Position numbers and translations under genes: made by a program
Origin: a virus
IMG/VR virus record: IMGVR_UViG_3300045988_110019
Location: 1 to 39,268 of that record
Direction: 5' to 3' (one strand)
Length of the DNA stretch: 39,268 nucleotides
The notes under the pieces: generated by a model
The model's database searches: none
Seen by the model: only the letters and a program-made list of their open reading frames with translations
What the model was told of the DNA's origin: nothing
In this document: positions 27,095 to 34,200 of the stretch, one piece after another
Layout: each line of letters starts with the position of its first letter
Numbering within the stretch: the stretch's first letter is position 1

Positions 27095-27306
27095 TCCCCG
27101 ATATATAAAAATCGGGGACTAAATCGGGGACTGTTTACGGCAGTGTCTGAAAGATTTAGATAATAATACCCCCGTTAAAAAGCCATTCAGAAGGCATTAG
27201 AACGGGGATAACAGGTTTAACCATTGATATTTCGATTCTCATCGGGTGTACAAATGATACTGAAAATCAGTATTTTTAAAGAAAAAGGGACTAATTAAGG
27301 GACTAA
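27095..27306. promoter_or_regulatory. Candidate attP region with two pairs of 12-nt-period GGGACT repeats
   Basis: aatcggggact at 27111-21 and 27123-33, with the inverted copy atccccgat at 27095-103. agggactaa at 27286-94 and 27298-306. Non-coding and adjacent to the integrase 3' end. Confidence 0.4.
27257..27277 (+). terminator. Bidirectional hairpin terminator between the rightward genes and the integrase
   Basis: Stem atactga / tcagtat with loop aaa, followed by a T-run. Lies 30 nt beyond the integrase stop on the other strand. Confidence 0.5.
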
Positions 27307-28565
27307 CGGTTAAAAAGGTTCATGGCTTCTTCTTTTGCCTTATCAGCTATGTCGATATATGGTTTCATGGACTTGTAGTCCCTGTGACCTGTCCATTTCA
27401 TTACGATATTGGGGGCTATGCCCAGCATGAGTGCGTTGCAGATAAAGGTCTTTCTGCCGCAATGGGTTCCTATCAGTTCGTATTTGGGATGAATTTCGTC
27501 TATCCTTTCTGCTCCCTTATAATATGTTCTGCATATAGGCTCGTTAATCTCACAGGCTTTGCATATTTTTTTGATGTATTTGTTCATCCTTTGGTTGACC
27601 GGCACAGGCAGCGCGTATATTCCTTCTATGCCCTTGTATTTCTCCAGTATGGCCTTAGAATATTTGTTCAGTTCGATTTTTAACGGCTCGTCCGTCTTAA
27701 TGGTGGTGATGGTAATATATCCGTCATAGATGTCGGCTTTCTTGAGGTTTTTTACGTCAGAATAGCGTAGCGAGGTGAAGCATTGGAAACAGAACACATC
27801 CTTCGCTAGTTCGAGATGAGGCTCGTTCGGGAATGTGGCATTATATACACTCATGAGTTCATTCCATTCAAGGAATATCACTTTTGCCGGAATGGTCTTT
27901 AGCTTCTCCTTGAATGTGACGAATGAAAGTTCTTTGTTGTATCCTTTTTCTGATGCCCATTTCAAGAACCATTTTGCCAGATTGATATACTTCTTCGCTG
28001 TGTAATTCTTCATCCCGGTTTCATTGTCCACTTCTATGCTCATAAAGTAATCCACAAGACGGGATAGTCCTTCATGGGTAAGGTCTGCGAAAGTAAGATC
28101 GGGTGCGAATTTCTTTAGGTGGTTCATTGTGGTCTTGTGTCTTTTGTATGTGTTCTCTGACCAACTGTTTTCCTTACCTTGTTCAATGATAAATTGTTGG
28201 TAATAGTCGAAAAACGTTTTTTCCTCCTTTTCTACGATTTTCCCATTTCTTTTGTTCACTTCGTTCCGAAATTCGGAAGATGTGGGTATGTGTCCTGTCT
28301 GCTCGAAAAAGAAGAAGGTGTCGTTGACGGTTTCTTCAAGACGGTTTATCTCCGAATTGATAGTTGCTGCCGAGATCTTTTTCTTTCCATGGGTAGTGTT
28401 TGGTTTGCATCTCTGGGCTTCGGCTACCCATTTGTTATTGTCTACCCGGTAACCCACGTTGAAGGCTACGGTATTCCCGTCCCACTTGATTCTGTAGCGG
28501 AGTTTGGAGTCAGGTTTGTCTTTCTCCTTGTCCAGAAGAAAGATGCAGTTTCGTTTGATGTTCAT
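27303..28565 (-). CDS. int: Tyrosine site-specific integrase (Bacteroides phage-integrase type with N-terminal arm-binding domain)
   Basis: 420 aa. Catalytic signature LRYSDV (R), HCGRKTF (H-x-x-R), WTGHRDYKSMKPY (H and the Y nucleophile). Confidence 0.9.
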   Translation of the reverse strand: MNIKRNCIFLLDKEKDKPDSKLRYRIKWDGNTVAFNVGYRVDNNKWVAEAQRCKPNTTHGKKKISAATINSEINRLEETVNDTFFFFEQTGHIPTSSEFRNEVNKRNGKIVEKEEKTFFDYYQQFIIEQGKENSWSENTYKRHKTTMNHLKKFAPDLTFADLTHEGLSRLVDYFMSIEVDNETGMKNYTAKKYINLAKWFLKWASEKGYNKELSFVTFKEKLKTIPAKVIFLEWNELMSVYNATFPNEPHLELAKDVFCFQCFTSLRYSDVKNLKKADIYDGYITITTIKTDEPLKIELNKYSKAILEKYKGIEGIYALPVPVNQRMNKYIKKICKACEINEPICRTYYKGAERIDEIHPKYELIGTHCGRKTFICNALMLGIAPNIVMKWTGHRDYKSMKPYIDIADKAKEEAMNLFNR

Positions 28566-28584
28566 AAGTTTTAAGTTTAGTATG

Positions 28585-28616
28585 AAAAAATATGGCAGGG
28601 TTTATATTTCCCTGCC
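28585..28616 (-). terminator. Hairpin terminator separating the cargo operon from int
   Basis: 7-bp GC-rich stem ggcaggg / ccctgcc. On the minus strand it is followed by a T6 run. Confidence 0.6.
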
Positions 28617-28659
28617 TTTCTTGTTATAAGTTTGTCAGCCATTCTTTTCCTGCTGGTGT

Positions 28660-29073
28660 TTAAACCATATCAGGAGCCTTTATCCTCTTTTGCTTCATAC
28701 TTTTTATTTTCCATCCGTGCTTTTGCAAATCCTTCACTAAGGTATTTTTATGTAAACAATATTCTATATACATACCCAAAGTTTGCCCAAATGAAGTCTT
28801 TGCAGCATTTTCAGTTTCCCCATAGCCGGACAAGTCCAAAGCCGGGCAATACGATATATAGACATTATCCTCTTGGAAGATATAAACCCCCACATTAAGA
28901 CTTATTTTAGTCTTACCGTCACTATACTGGGCTTCAAAAGAATGAGCATCCATGATTCTGTTATTTAAAGGCTTTTCAGCCATTCTTTCCCTTTTTTGGT
29001 TTTCAGCCAAATTGAGAATACGCCGGTTATAATGATTCCCACTGTAAAAATAGCGCCTAACATTTCCATACAT
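28660..29073 (-). CDS. HicB-like (UPF0150/antitoxin-fold) protein, no HicA partner present
   Basis: VGVYIFQEDNVYISYCPALDLSGYGETENAAKTSFGQTLGMYIEYC matches the HicB N-terminal fold pattern. Starts 4 nt after the upstream membrane-protein gene. Confidence 0.6.
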   Translation of the reverse strand: MYGNVRRYFYSGNHYNRRILNLAENQKRERMAEKPLNNRIMDAHSFEAQYSDGKTKISLNVGVYIFQEDNVYISYCPALDLSGYGETENAAKTSFGQTLGMYIEYCLHKNTLVKDLQKHGWKIKSMKQKRIKAPDMV

Positions 29074-29076
29074 ATA

Positions 29077-29322
29077 TTATTTTAAAATTGTATTTCCCAC
29101 TCTTGCAAGCATAACGGTTAAAATGCTGCCAGCGATTAAAACGTACCAATTCACACCTATTTCTGCATTAGTATATAAAGGGGTTATTCCCCCAAGCACT
29201 AAAGCGGCAAATGTGAGTTGTGCCAAATTAAAGAAGAATCCGGCAAGTTTTTCCCGTCTTACCTTATCTTTTTCCTTAATTTCATTCTTTTCTTCCTGTT
29301 TTTTACTGTAATTACCCATCAC
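29077..29322 (-). CDS. Small membrane protein (Lys/Glu-rich N-terminus plus two transmembrane helices)
   Basis: 81 aa. FFFNLAQLTFAALVLGGITPLY and WYVLIAGSILTVMLARVG hydrophobic segments. Confidence 0.6.
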   Translation of the reverse strand: MMGNYSKKQEEKNEIKEKDKVRREKLAGFFFNLAQLTFAALVLGGITPLYTNAEIGVNWYVLIAGSILTVMLARVGNTILK

Positions 29323-29339
29323 AAACTATCATTACCTTG

Positions 29340-29347
29340 CAAATATA
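29340..29347 (-). promoter_or_regulatory. Possible Bacteroides -7 box (TATATTTG on the minus strand) for the membrane-protein / HicB-like pair
   Basis: CAAATATA on the plus strand, 18 nt upstream of the ATG at 29322. No convincing -33 element. Confidence 0.35.
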
Positions 29348-29500
29348 GTAAAAAACAAAATTGGTGGTACTTTGTTTTTGCAATTTATAAAGCTGTCTAA
29401 ATTGTACTTATTATTTCGTTTAGCGGATGCTGCTTTACTAGCATCATTGCCCATTATAAAAACATAGGTGAAAATTATTTATATTCATATATGCCAGATG

Positions 29501-30514
29501 TTATTCGATATTAAGAGCCTTCTTAAGTTCTTTCTTCGATGGATAGCATATCTTTTCGCTAGCGTATAGTTCTACTTCGTAATCATACCTAGAGCCTAGT
29601 CCATAGAATATTCCTTCTTCGTTGACATAAAACTTTCTAATCTCATAGTCTTTAGGCTTCCCATTTCTGAGAATCCAAACAGTGTCATCAATAGAATATT
29701 TGTTATAAAATTCTAGTGCGCAAGATTGGGGAATAGAGAAATCAAAAACAGATTGATTATTGTATCCTCCCTGCGGTATGCTTCCTTGGTAGTAAAAGCA
29801 ATATTCTCCTGTATTAAGGAAATAACGAGGTTTGACTTTAAAGGTATAATCATCTATTTTTTCTATATCTATTTGAATATGATTTTTTTCATCGACTCCG
29901 ATAGATGTGCCTGCATACAAGTTAACAGAACCGGTTTCTAATTCACGTCTACCTTTTTTGGTTGTCAGTCTGACAAGGGCAAATTCATTGGGCGATGAGG
30001 CTGCGGAGAACCACCAATTACTAGCAGACACTCCTAAATCTGATTTTCTAGGAATGAAGTAAAAATAAAATTCAGGATTATTGTTTTCAATGACATTATT
30101 AGAATGTTGCCCGTTCATGGTTGATCTTACTTTTGCACTGGCAATGCCATATGAAAGAGCGGCTCCAAGGGTATTTGTCTTGGTTCCAGAAAATACAGTT
30201 GGGAATAATTGAATAAAATCATCTCCATTTTTGTAATATATGCCGGATCGTTGTGCTTCGTTGGTTTTGATTTCGGAGATGCGGTGTATCATGGCAACAA
30301 TGATGCTATTGTCTATGCCTTTTTCTTTCATGGATTTTAAAGCGTCAATGCTCGTATTAAAATCACATGGGCTAGTTTCTATTTTACTTATGATAATATC
30401 GCTTGAAAAGCCTAAATCAATCATTTCTATAATAGAGTTATTGGTTAATGGTTGTTCTTGTGCGTACAAGTTGAGGCAAAATAATACAGAAACAAGTAAC
30501 AGTGCTTTTTTCAT
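29501..30514 (-). CDS. Exported protein of unknown function (signal peptide)
   Basis: MKKALLLVSVLFCLNLYAQ signal. The N-terminal LTNNSIIEMIDLGFSSDIIISKI...IDALKSMKEKGIDNSIIVAMI repeat is common in secreted Bacteroidota proteins. Confidence 0.7.
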   Translation of the reverse strand: MKKALLLVSVLFCLNLYAQEQPLTNNSIIEMIDLGFSSDIIISKIETSPCDFNTSIDALKSMKEKGIDNSIIVAMIHRISEIKTNEAQRSGIYYKNGDDFIQLFPTVFSGTKTNTLGAALSYGIASAKVRSTMNGQHSNNVIENNNPEFYFYFIPRKSDLGVSASNWWFSAASSPNEFALVRLTTKKGRRELETGSVNLYAGTSIGVDEKNHIQIDIEKIDDYTFKVKPRYFLNTGEYCFYYQGSIPQGGYNNQSVFDFSIPQSCALEFYNKYSIDDTVWILRNGKPKDYEIRKFYVNEEGIFYGLGSRYDYEVELYASEKICYPSKKELKKALNIE

Positions 30515-30690
30515 AAGATCAATTTTTGATTATATTCTTTTAGATTGAAACTTTTTTTAGAGGCCTTATGCCCGTTGCATTTAACAAGAGTAAGGCATTG
30601 TCTTTTTTGTTTGTCTTCATTTTGGTTGACTGGTTCATTTTTGAATTCACCCATCAACCTTTCCAGCTTATCTATAAATACGTTCATCAT
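30511..30690 (-). CDS. Unannotated small ORF (59 aa), translationally coupled to the exported protein
   Basis: Hand translation gives MMNVFIDKLERLMGEFKNEPVNQNEDKQKRQCLTLVKCNGHKASKKSFNLKEYNQKLIL. Its TGA overlaps the ATG of 29501..30514 (ATGA). It falls below the 60-aa cutoff of the ORF track. Confidence 0.45.
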   Translation of the reverse strand: MMNVFIDKLERLMGEFKNEPVNQNEDKQKRQCLTLVKCNGHKASKKSFNLKEYNQKLIL

Positions 30691-30749
30691 TTAAGTATTA
30701 GTATTAACTAAACGCTAGATGAATATGTTTTGTTTAATTATTATATAAA

Positions 30750-31154
30750 TTAAGCTGTTTTTCTTAATTCTGTAAGTAGGTCTGTAATTCCCTCTAACTT
30801 GTCTACTGACGATTGAGTATTATTGTCTATACTTTTCAGCCTCTTGTTAACCATACTCATAAATTCAACCAATACGTTTCGGAAGAGGCTTTCTGCATGG
30901 GCTTCTTCCTCCTTTTTCTCATTTGGCGATGAGGCTATAAGCATTTCTCCTTTTCCACGGAGTAGCCATTCGGCGGAAATGAGCGGTTCAGCTTCCAAAA
31001 TTTTATATAATGTTGAATATTTTGGCTCTGCACCTCTTAATATATCGTTAAGTGATGTCTGTGCAACGCCTATCTTTTCTGCAAAAGATCTTTTACTTTT
31101 ATATCCACATTGAGATATAATTTGAGCAATTCTTTCATTTACAGTTGTTTCCAT
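30750..31154 (-). CDS. CI-like repressor (XRE-family HTH)
   Basis: NERIAQIISQCGYKSKRSFAEKIGVAQTSLNDILRG...AEWLLRGKGEM is the typical Bacteroides phage-repressor HTH. Divergent from the early operon. Confidence 0.8.
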   Translation of the reverse strand: METTVNERIAQIISQCGYKSKRSFAEKIGVAQTSLNDILRGAEPKYSTLYKILEAEPLISAEWLLRGKGEMLIASSPNEKKEEEAHAESLFRNVLVEFMSMVNKRLKSIDNNTQSSVDKLEGITDLLTELRKTA

Positions 31155-31180
31155 AATATATTATTTAAAACATTTTCTAA

Positions 31181-31410
31181 ATAACGGTCTAACTTGTATT
31201 TTTAAACGGTTTAGCTTGTTATTGAATGGTAAACCGTTTATCTTTGCATCCGTAACCAATAAAAAAACGGTTGCAAACGGATATAAAAATGGCTGTCACG
31301 ACATAAACCGTGATTTTGTTCGCACCAAAATTGTTCCAGCGGCAAATATAGTGACTTCCATTTTAATATCCTACAAATGAATTAAAAATTAGACGATACG
31401 GTTTAGTGGT
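31181..31410. promoter_or_regulatory. Immunity-region operator array and rightward promoter
   Basis: AACGGTCTAACTTGTAT (31183-99) and AACGGTTTAGCTTGTTAT (31205-22), 22 nt apart. Inverted TAAACCGTTTA (31230-40). Further ACGGT/ACCGT sites at 31266, 31305, 31398 (ACGGTTTAG) and 31414. TAtcTTTG -7 box at 31239-46. Confidence 0.55.
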
Positions 31411-31512
31411 GTTTACCGTAAGTTATTTAGGATATCAAAATAAAGCTCTTGCTTAGTACCAATCAACACCACACTAGATTGAGAACGGCAAGGGCTTTTG
31501 CTTTTAGAGGAT

Positions 31513-31890
31513 ATGAAAAAGAGATTGGTGTTAACAATTGACGAAACCAACGAGGGTAAACATGGGATTACGCTTGATGATGATGATATGTGCTACGGGA
31601 TTAAGTTTGATCTTGATATACGGTATATTGAGAAGATGAATGCTATAGGTATAGCGCGCTATATGATCGAAGTGCTGAATAATAATCCAATAAATGTATC
31701 CTGTTCAGCCTCACGGTTGAAAGAAGAGATAAAACCCTGTGTGGACAAAATAAAGGACGCACAAATTAGAGAGCGTGATATCGAGATAAGGAGGGAGATA
31801 ATTGCCGCTATGATAGGTGATGCCTCCCACAAGGATTTTATAAAGCGTGTGAATTCTATCTATAACTGGATCAAGGAGGGGAAGGTATGA
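31513..31890 (+). CDS. Hypothetical early protein
   Basis: First rightward ORF after the immunity region. ATG at 31513 (the ORF track starts at an upstream TTG). Confidence 0.55.
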   Translation: MKKRLVLTIDETNEGKHGITLDDDDMCYGIKFDLDIRYIEKMNAIGIARYMIEVLNNNPINVSCSASRLKEEIKPCVDKIKDAQIRERDIEIRREIIAAMIGDASHKDFIKRVNSIYNWIKEGKV

Positions 31891-32183
31891 TACCATTAGA
31901 AAGACGAATAAGCGATGATACCCGGTTGATAGATTTAACCGTAGGCGAATTGAAGGAGTTGTTTGGCAGCTTGATTCCGAAGAATGAAATAGTTGCTCCA
32001 GCCAAAACGGGGCAGAACTTGGTATACGGCATAAAAGGGATAATGGATCTGTTTCATTGTTCCGAAACTACTGCATACCGCCTTAAGTCGGGCGTCATAA
32101 AGAAGGCTGTCCGCCAAGTAGGACGAATGATTGTGGTTGATGCTGATCTGGCATTGAGCTTATTCACAGAAAAACGGAGGTGA
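31887..32183 (+). CDS. HTH_17/excisionase-family DNA-binding protein
   Basis: GIKGIMDLFHCSETTAYRLKSGVIKKAVRQVGRMIVVDADLALSLF matches the MerR-like excisionase-family HTH common in Bacteroides elements. Confidence 0.65.
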   Translation: MIPLERRISDDTRLIDLTVGELKELFGSLIPKNEIVAPAKTGQNLVYGIKGIMDLFHCSETTAYRLKSGVIKKAVRQVGRMIVVDADLALSLFTEKRR

Positions 32184-32186
32184 GAT

Positions 32187-32411
32187 ATGGGGCAAGGAAA
32201 GAAACGTATACCAAAGGATTTACAAGAAAAGCTGGATGCGCACGAGGCAAAGGCTGATCTTTACGCACAAGCGATGCTATGTGGTGATTTTGAGAGGAAC
32301 CGTATCAAGTGGGCGGCAGAACTGGTTAAGATAGCAAGATTACAGAAGGAGATAGACCAGACAATCAAGACAAATCACAGTCCGAGAGAGGGGAAGTATT
32401 TATCAATTTAA
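32187..32411 (+). CDS. Hypothetical protein (74 aa, helical)
   Basis: ORF in the early operon. Confidence 0.5.
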   Translation: MGQGKKRIPKDLQEKLDAHEAKADLYAQAMLCGDFERNRIKWAAELVKIARLQKEIDQTIKTNHSPREGKYLSI

Positions 32412-32421
32412 AACTAGGATT

Positions 32422-32718
32422 ATGAATAGATATAATAATATATCAATAAATATTCGCTATGAAAATAGTGAAGAGGGCTGTATCTTATTGGTGGTAAGGA
32501 CTGTTAGAGTAAACGGGAAGGTAGTTTATGAAGATAAAATGAGTCCTGAGATGTTTGCTTCATGTCAGGACCCGATTAGACAATTGGGAAAATACCTGTT
32601 AGGGCTTAAAGAGAGTGATTGCGGAAAGAATGTTTCCGGCGATGCTGGAAAGCATAGAGGCTTTTTCCGCCAGATTTGGGCTAAGTTGTTTCGCAAGAAG
32701 ATCCAGCTCGCTGCTTAG
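32422..32718 (+). CDS. Hypothetical protein (98 aa); its 3' end overlaps a convergent gene
   Basis: ORF in the early operon. The last 120 nt overlap 32599..33006 on the opposite strand, so the true extent is uncertain. Confidence 0.4.
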   Translation: MNRYNNISINIRYENSEEGCILLVVRTVRVNGKVVYEDKMSPEMFASCQDPIRQLGKYLLGLKESDCGKNVSGDAGKHRGFFRQIWAKLFRKKIQLAA

Positions 32719-33006
32719 TTTTTGCAGGTTGGCTATGAGGATTTCTTCTTGGGCTTGAAAGCCACCATGCCGCATGAAGTCATGAGCTTTTGCTTTTATT
32801 TGACAGACAAGTAGGCTTCCCATACATTTAGTTTGATTGATGAATCCTAATTCTTCAAATTGATCGAATACGGGACAAATTATATCAGGTGAAACATTAA
32901 GCTCTTTAGCCCATTCGTAAGCACTCACTTGAACTTGCATACTATTAGCCGATAATAAATCAGATAACAGTTCATCTTTTAATTGAGGTGTGATAAGATT
33001 ATTCAT
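32599..33006 (-). CDS. Hypothetical protein, oppositely oriented moron with its own promoter
   Basis: 135 aa from the MNNL start. Possible winged-helix-like N-terminal part (SAYEWAKELNVSPDIICPVFDQFEELGFI) and a hydrophobic C-terminus. The ORF track extends to 33072. Confidence 0.55.
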   Translation of the reverse strand: MNNLITPQLKDELLSDLLSANSMQVQVSAYEWAKELNVSPDIICPVFDQFEELGFINQTKCMGSLLVCQIKAKAHDFMRHGGFQAQEEILIANLQKLSSELDLLAKQLSPNLAEKASMLSSIAGNILSAITLFKP

Positions 33007-33032
33007 TATGATAAAATTTAAAATTTGACAAG

Positions 33033-33040
33033 CAAAAATA
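33033..33040 (-). promoter_or_regulatory. Bacteroides -7 box (TATTTTTG on the minus strand) for 32599..33006
   Basis: CAAAAATA on the plus strand, about 27 nt upstream of the ATG at 33006. Confidence 0.4.
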
Positions 33041-33143
33041 ATAATAAAAGACAGTAGGCGCGCCTGTTTCATTGTGATTTTAGGATTTGACGCTTTTAGG
33101 TGCGCCTACTTCTTGGATTAAGAACAAGAAAAAGAGTTTGATT

Positions 33144-33371
33144 ATGAATAAGTTAACAAAATATACATTATTGGTTGTGGCATTGCTTTTATTGCTAGGC
33201 ATTGCCGGACGATGTGACTATAATGAATCTGTGATCTACAATATGCCGGACAACGTGTATCAGGTTTTAAAGGTAGAGCTGGGTGATCCATCCGATAGCC
33301 GGTTAGTTGACGAGTACATGAGCAACCGTAATCATTGGGATAGTTTGGCGATTGATTATCAATTAAAATAA
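33144..33371 (+). CDS. Small signal-anchored/exported protein
   Basis: MNKLTKYTLLVVALLLLLGIAGRC hydrophobic N-terminus. ATG at 33144 inside the 33087 ORF. Confidence 0.5.
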   Translation: MNKLTKYTLLVVALLLLLGIAGRCDYNESVIYNMPDNVYQVLKVELGDPSDSRLVDEYMSNRNHWDSLAIDYQLK

Positions 33372-33378
33372 TATAGTT

Positions 33379-33828
33379 ATGAAAGAATGGTTTTCCGGTA
33401 TAGTCAGAGGAAAGACTACCGACAGCAGGGGAAAGGATAAGAAGGTAAGACACCTTTTCATAGTGGATGCCACGGGATTCACCGAAGCGGAAAATGTTTT
33501 GGTAGCTGATAAGTTCCCGGTTTACAAAGAGCCTAAGGTTATCAGTCTAAAGAGAGAAGCCATAGAGGCTGTGTATGACGAATGCGATACGGAGAGCGCT
33601 GTTTGGTGGAAAGTCGTAATCGGGCTGGAATGGTTGGACGTTAAAGGACGTACAAAGGTTTCCAAATGCACTTATATGGTATCTTCCGAAACAGCCGGAG
33701 ATGTAAAGGACGTGATAAACAAGTGTATGCAGGGGAGCGTGAGAGATTGGAAGATATTGAAAATAGAGGCTACGCAGGTAAGGGAAATCATAGTCCACAA
33801 GGAGAAGCATAATGACGAGTTAAGATAA
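33379..33828 (+). CDS. DUF4494-like protein
   Basis: MKEWFSG...KKVRHLFIVDATGFTEAENV...WWKVVIG...KCTYMVSSETAGDV pattern resembles the Bacteroidota DUF4494 family. Confidence 0.6.
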   Translation: MKEWFSGIVRGKTTDSRGKDKKVRHLFIVDATGFTEAENVLVADKFPVYKEPKVISLKREAIEAVYDECDTESAVWWKVVIGLEWLDVKGRTKVSKCTYMVSSETAGDVKDVINKCMQGSVRDWKILKIEATQVREIIVHKEKHNDELR

Positions 33829-33906
33829 GTCATTTATTTTGTTTCGTGGTAATAGGTTTTAGTTTAGGTTTTAGCCGGTGTAGCCTGTGAAGGTGATCCG
33901 GCACAT

Positions 33907-34040
33907 GGGGGCTTAGCTCAGTGGCAGAGCGATGGCAGTTAACGGTCAGGGGTAATTAATCTATTTTATTTTGTTTTTGTGTGTTCCATGATACAGATCG
34001 GCAAAGCCATAGGTCACGGGTTCAATTCCCGTAGCTCCCA
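33907..34040 (+). tRNA. tRNA-like gene with canonical acceptor, D and T arms but a ~62-nt insertion in the anticodon loop (isotype unresolved)
   Basis: Acceptor GGGGGCT/AGCTCCC. TA, then D arm GCTC-AGTGGCA-GAGC. Anticodon stem ATGGC (33932-36) / GCCAT (34006-10) separated by 69 nt. Variable loop AGGTC. T arm ACGGG-TTCAATT-CCCGT. Discriminator A. Confidence 0.6.
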
Positions 34041-34042
34041 CA

Positions 34043-34061
34043 ACTTCAAATGGAAGTTTTT
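34043..34061 (+). terminator. Weak hairpin plus T-run after the tRNA-like gene
   Basis: acttc-aaatg-gaagt followed by ttttt. Confidence 0.4.
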
Positions 34062-34200
34062 ATTAATCAATTACTTAACCAAAGCCGCTATTAAAGGGTA
34101 GCGTGAGGTGCGAGTCCTCTTGTATGTTATATTCTATATCAATTATTCTCCCGGTGTGGTTTGACCGCCTATCCGGGAACTACAACCAAAAATAAGTAAT

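Noticed and set aside
27384-28574. Plus-strand ORFs 27384..27683, 28179..28574 and 28252..28452
   Set aside because: They are antisense to the integrase gene, whose catalytic motifs are unambiguous.
28660-28750. HicA-like motif (LVKDLQKHGWKI) at the C-terminus of the HicB-like protein, suggesting a fused or decayed HicA toxin
   Set aside because: Only about 12 residues resemble HicA. There is no GSH/His catalytic region in this or any other frame downstream, so the evidence is too weak to call.
33937-33943. Stop-codon recoding driven by a TTA (ochre suppressor) anticodon in the tRNA-like gene
   Set aside because: All long ORFs are intact under the standard code, and TAA, TAG and TGA all terminate well-supported genes (for example at 6475, 5815 and 2602). 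Loop positions 32-33 are non-canonical. Kept only as one reading within the tRNA finding.
34084-34120. Second tRNA-like fragment (cgcta-loop-tagcg followed by gagg-tgcgagt-cctc)
   Set aside because: No acceptor or D arm, an 8-nt loop, and the T-loop lacks the TTC consensus. Probably chance, or at most a decayed remnant.
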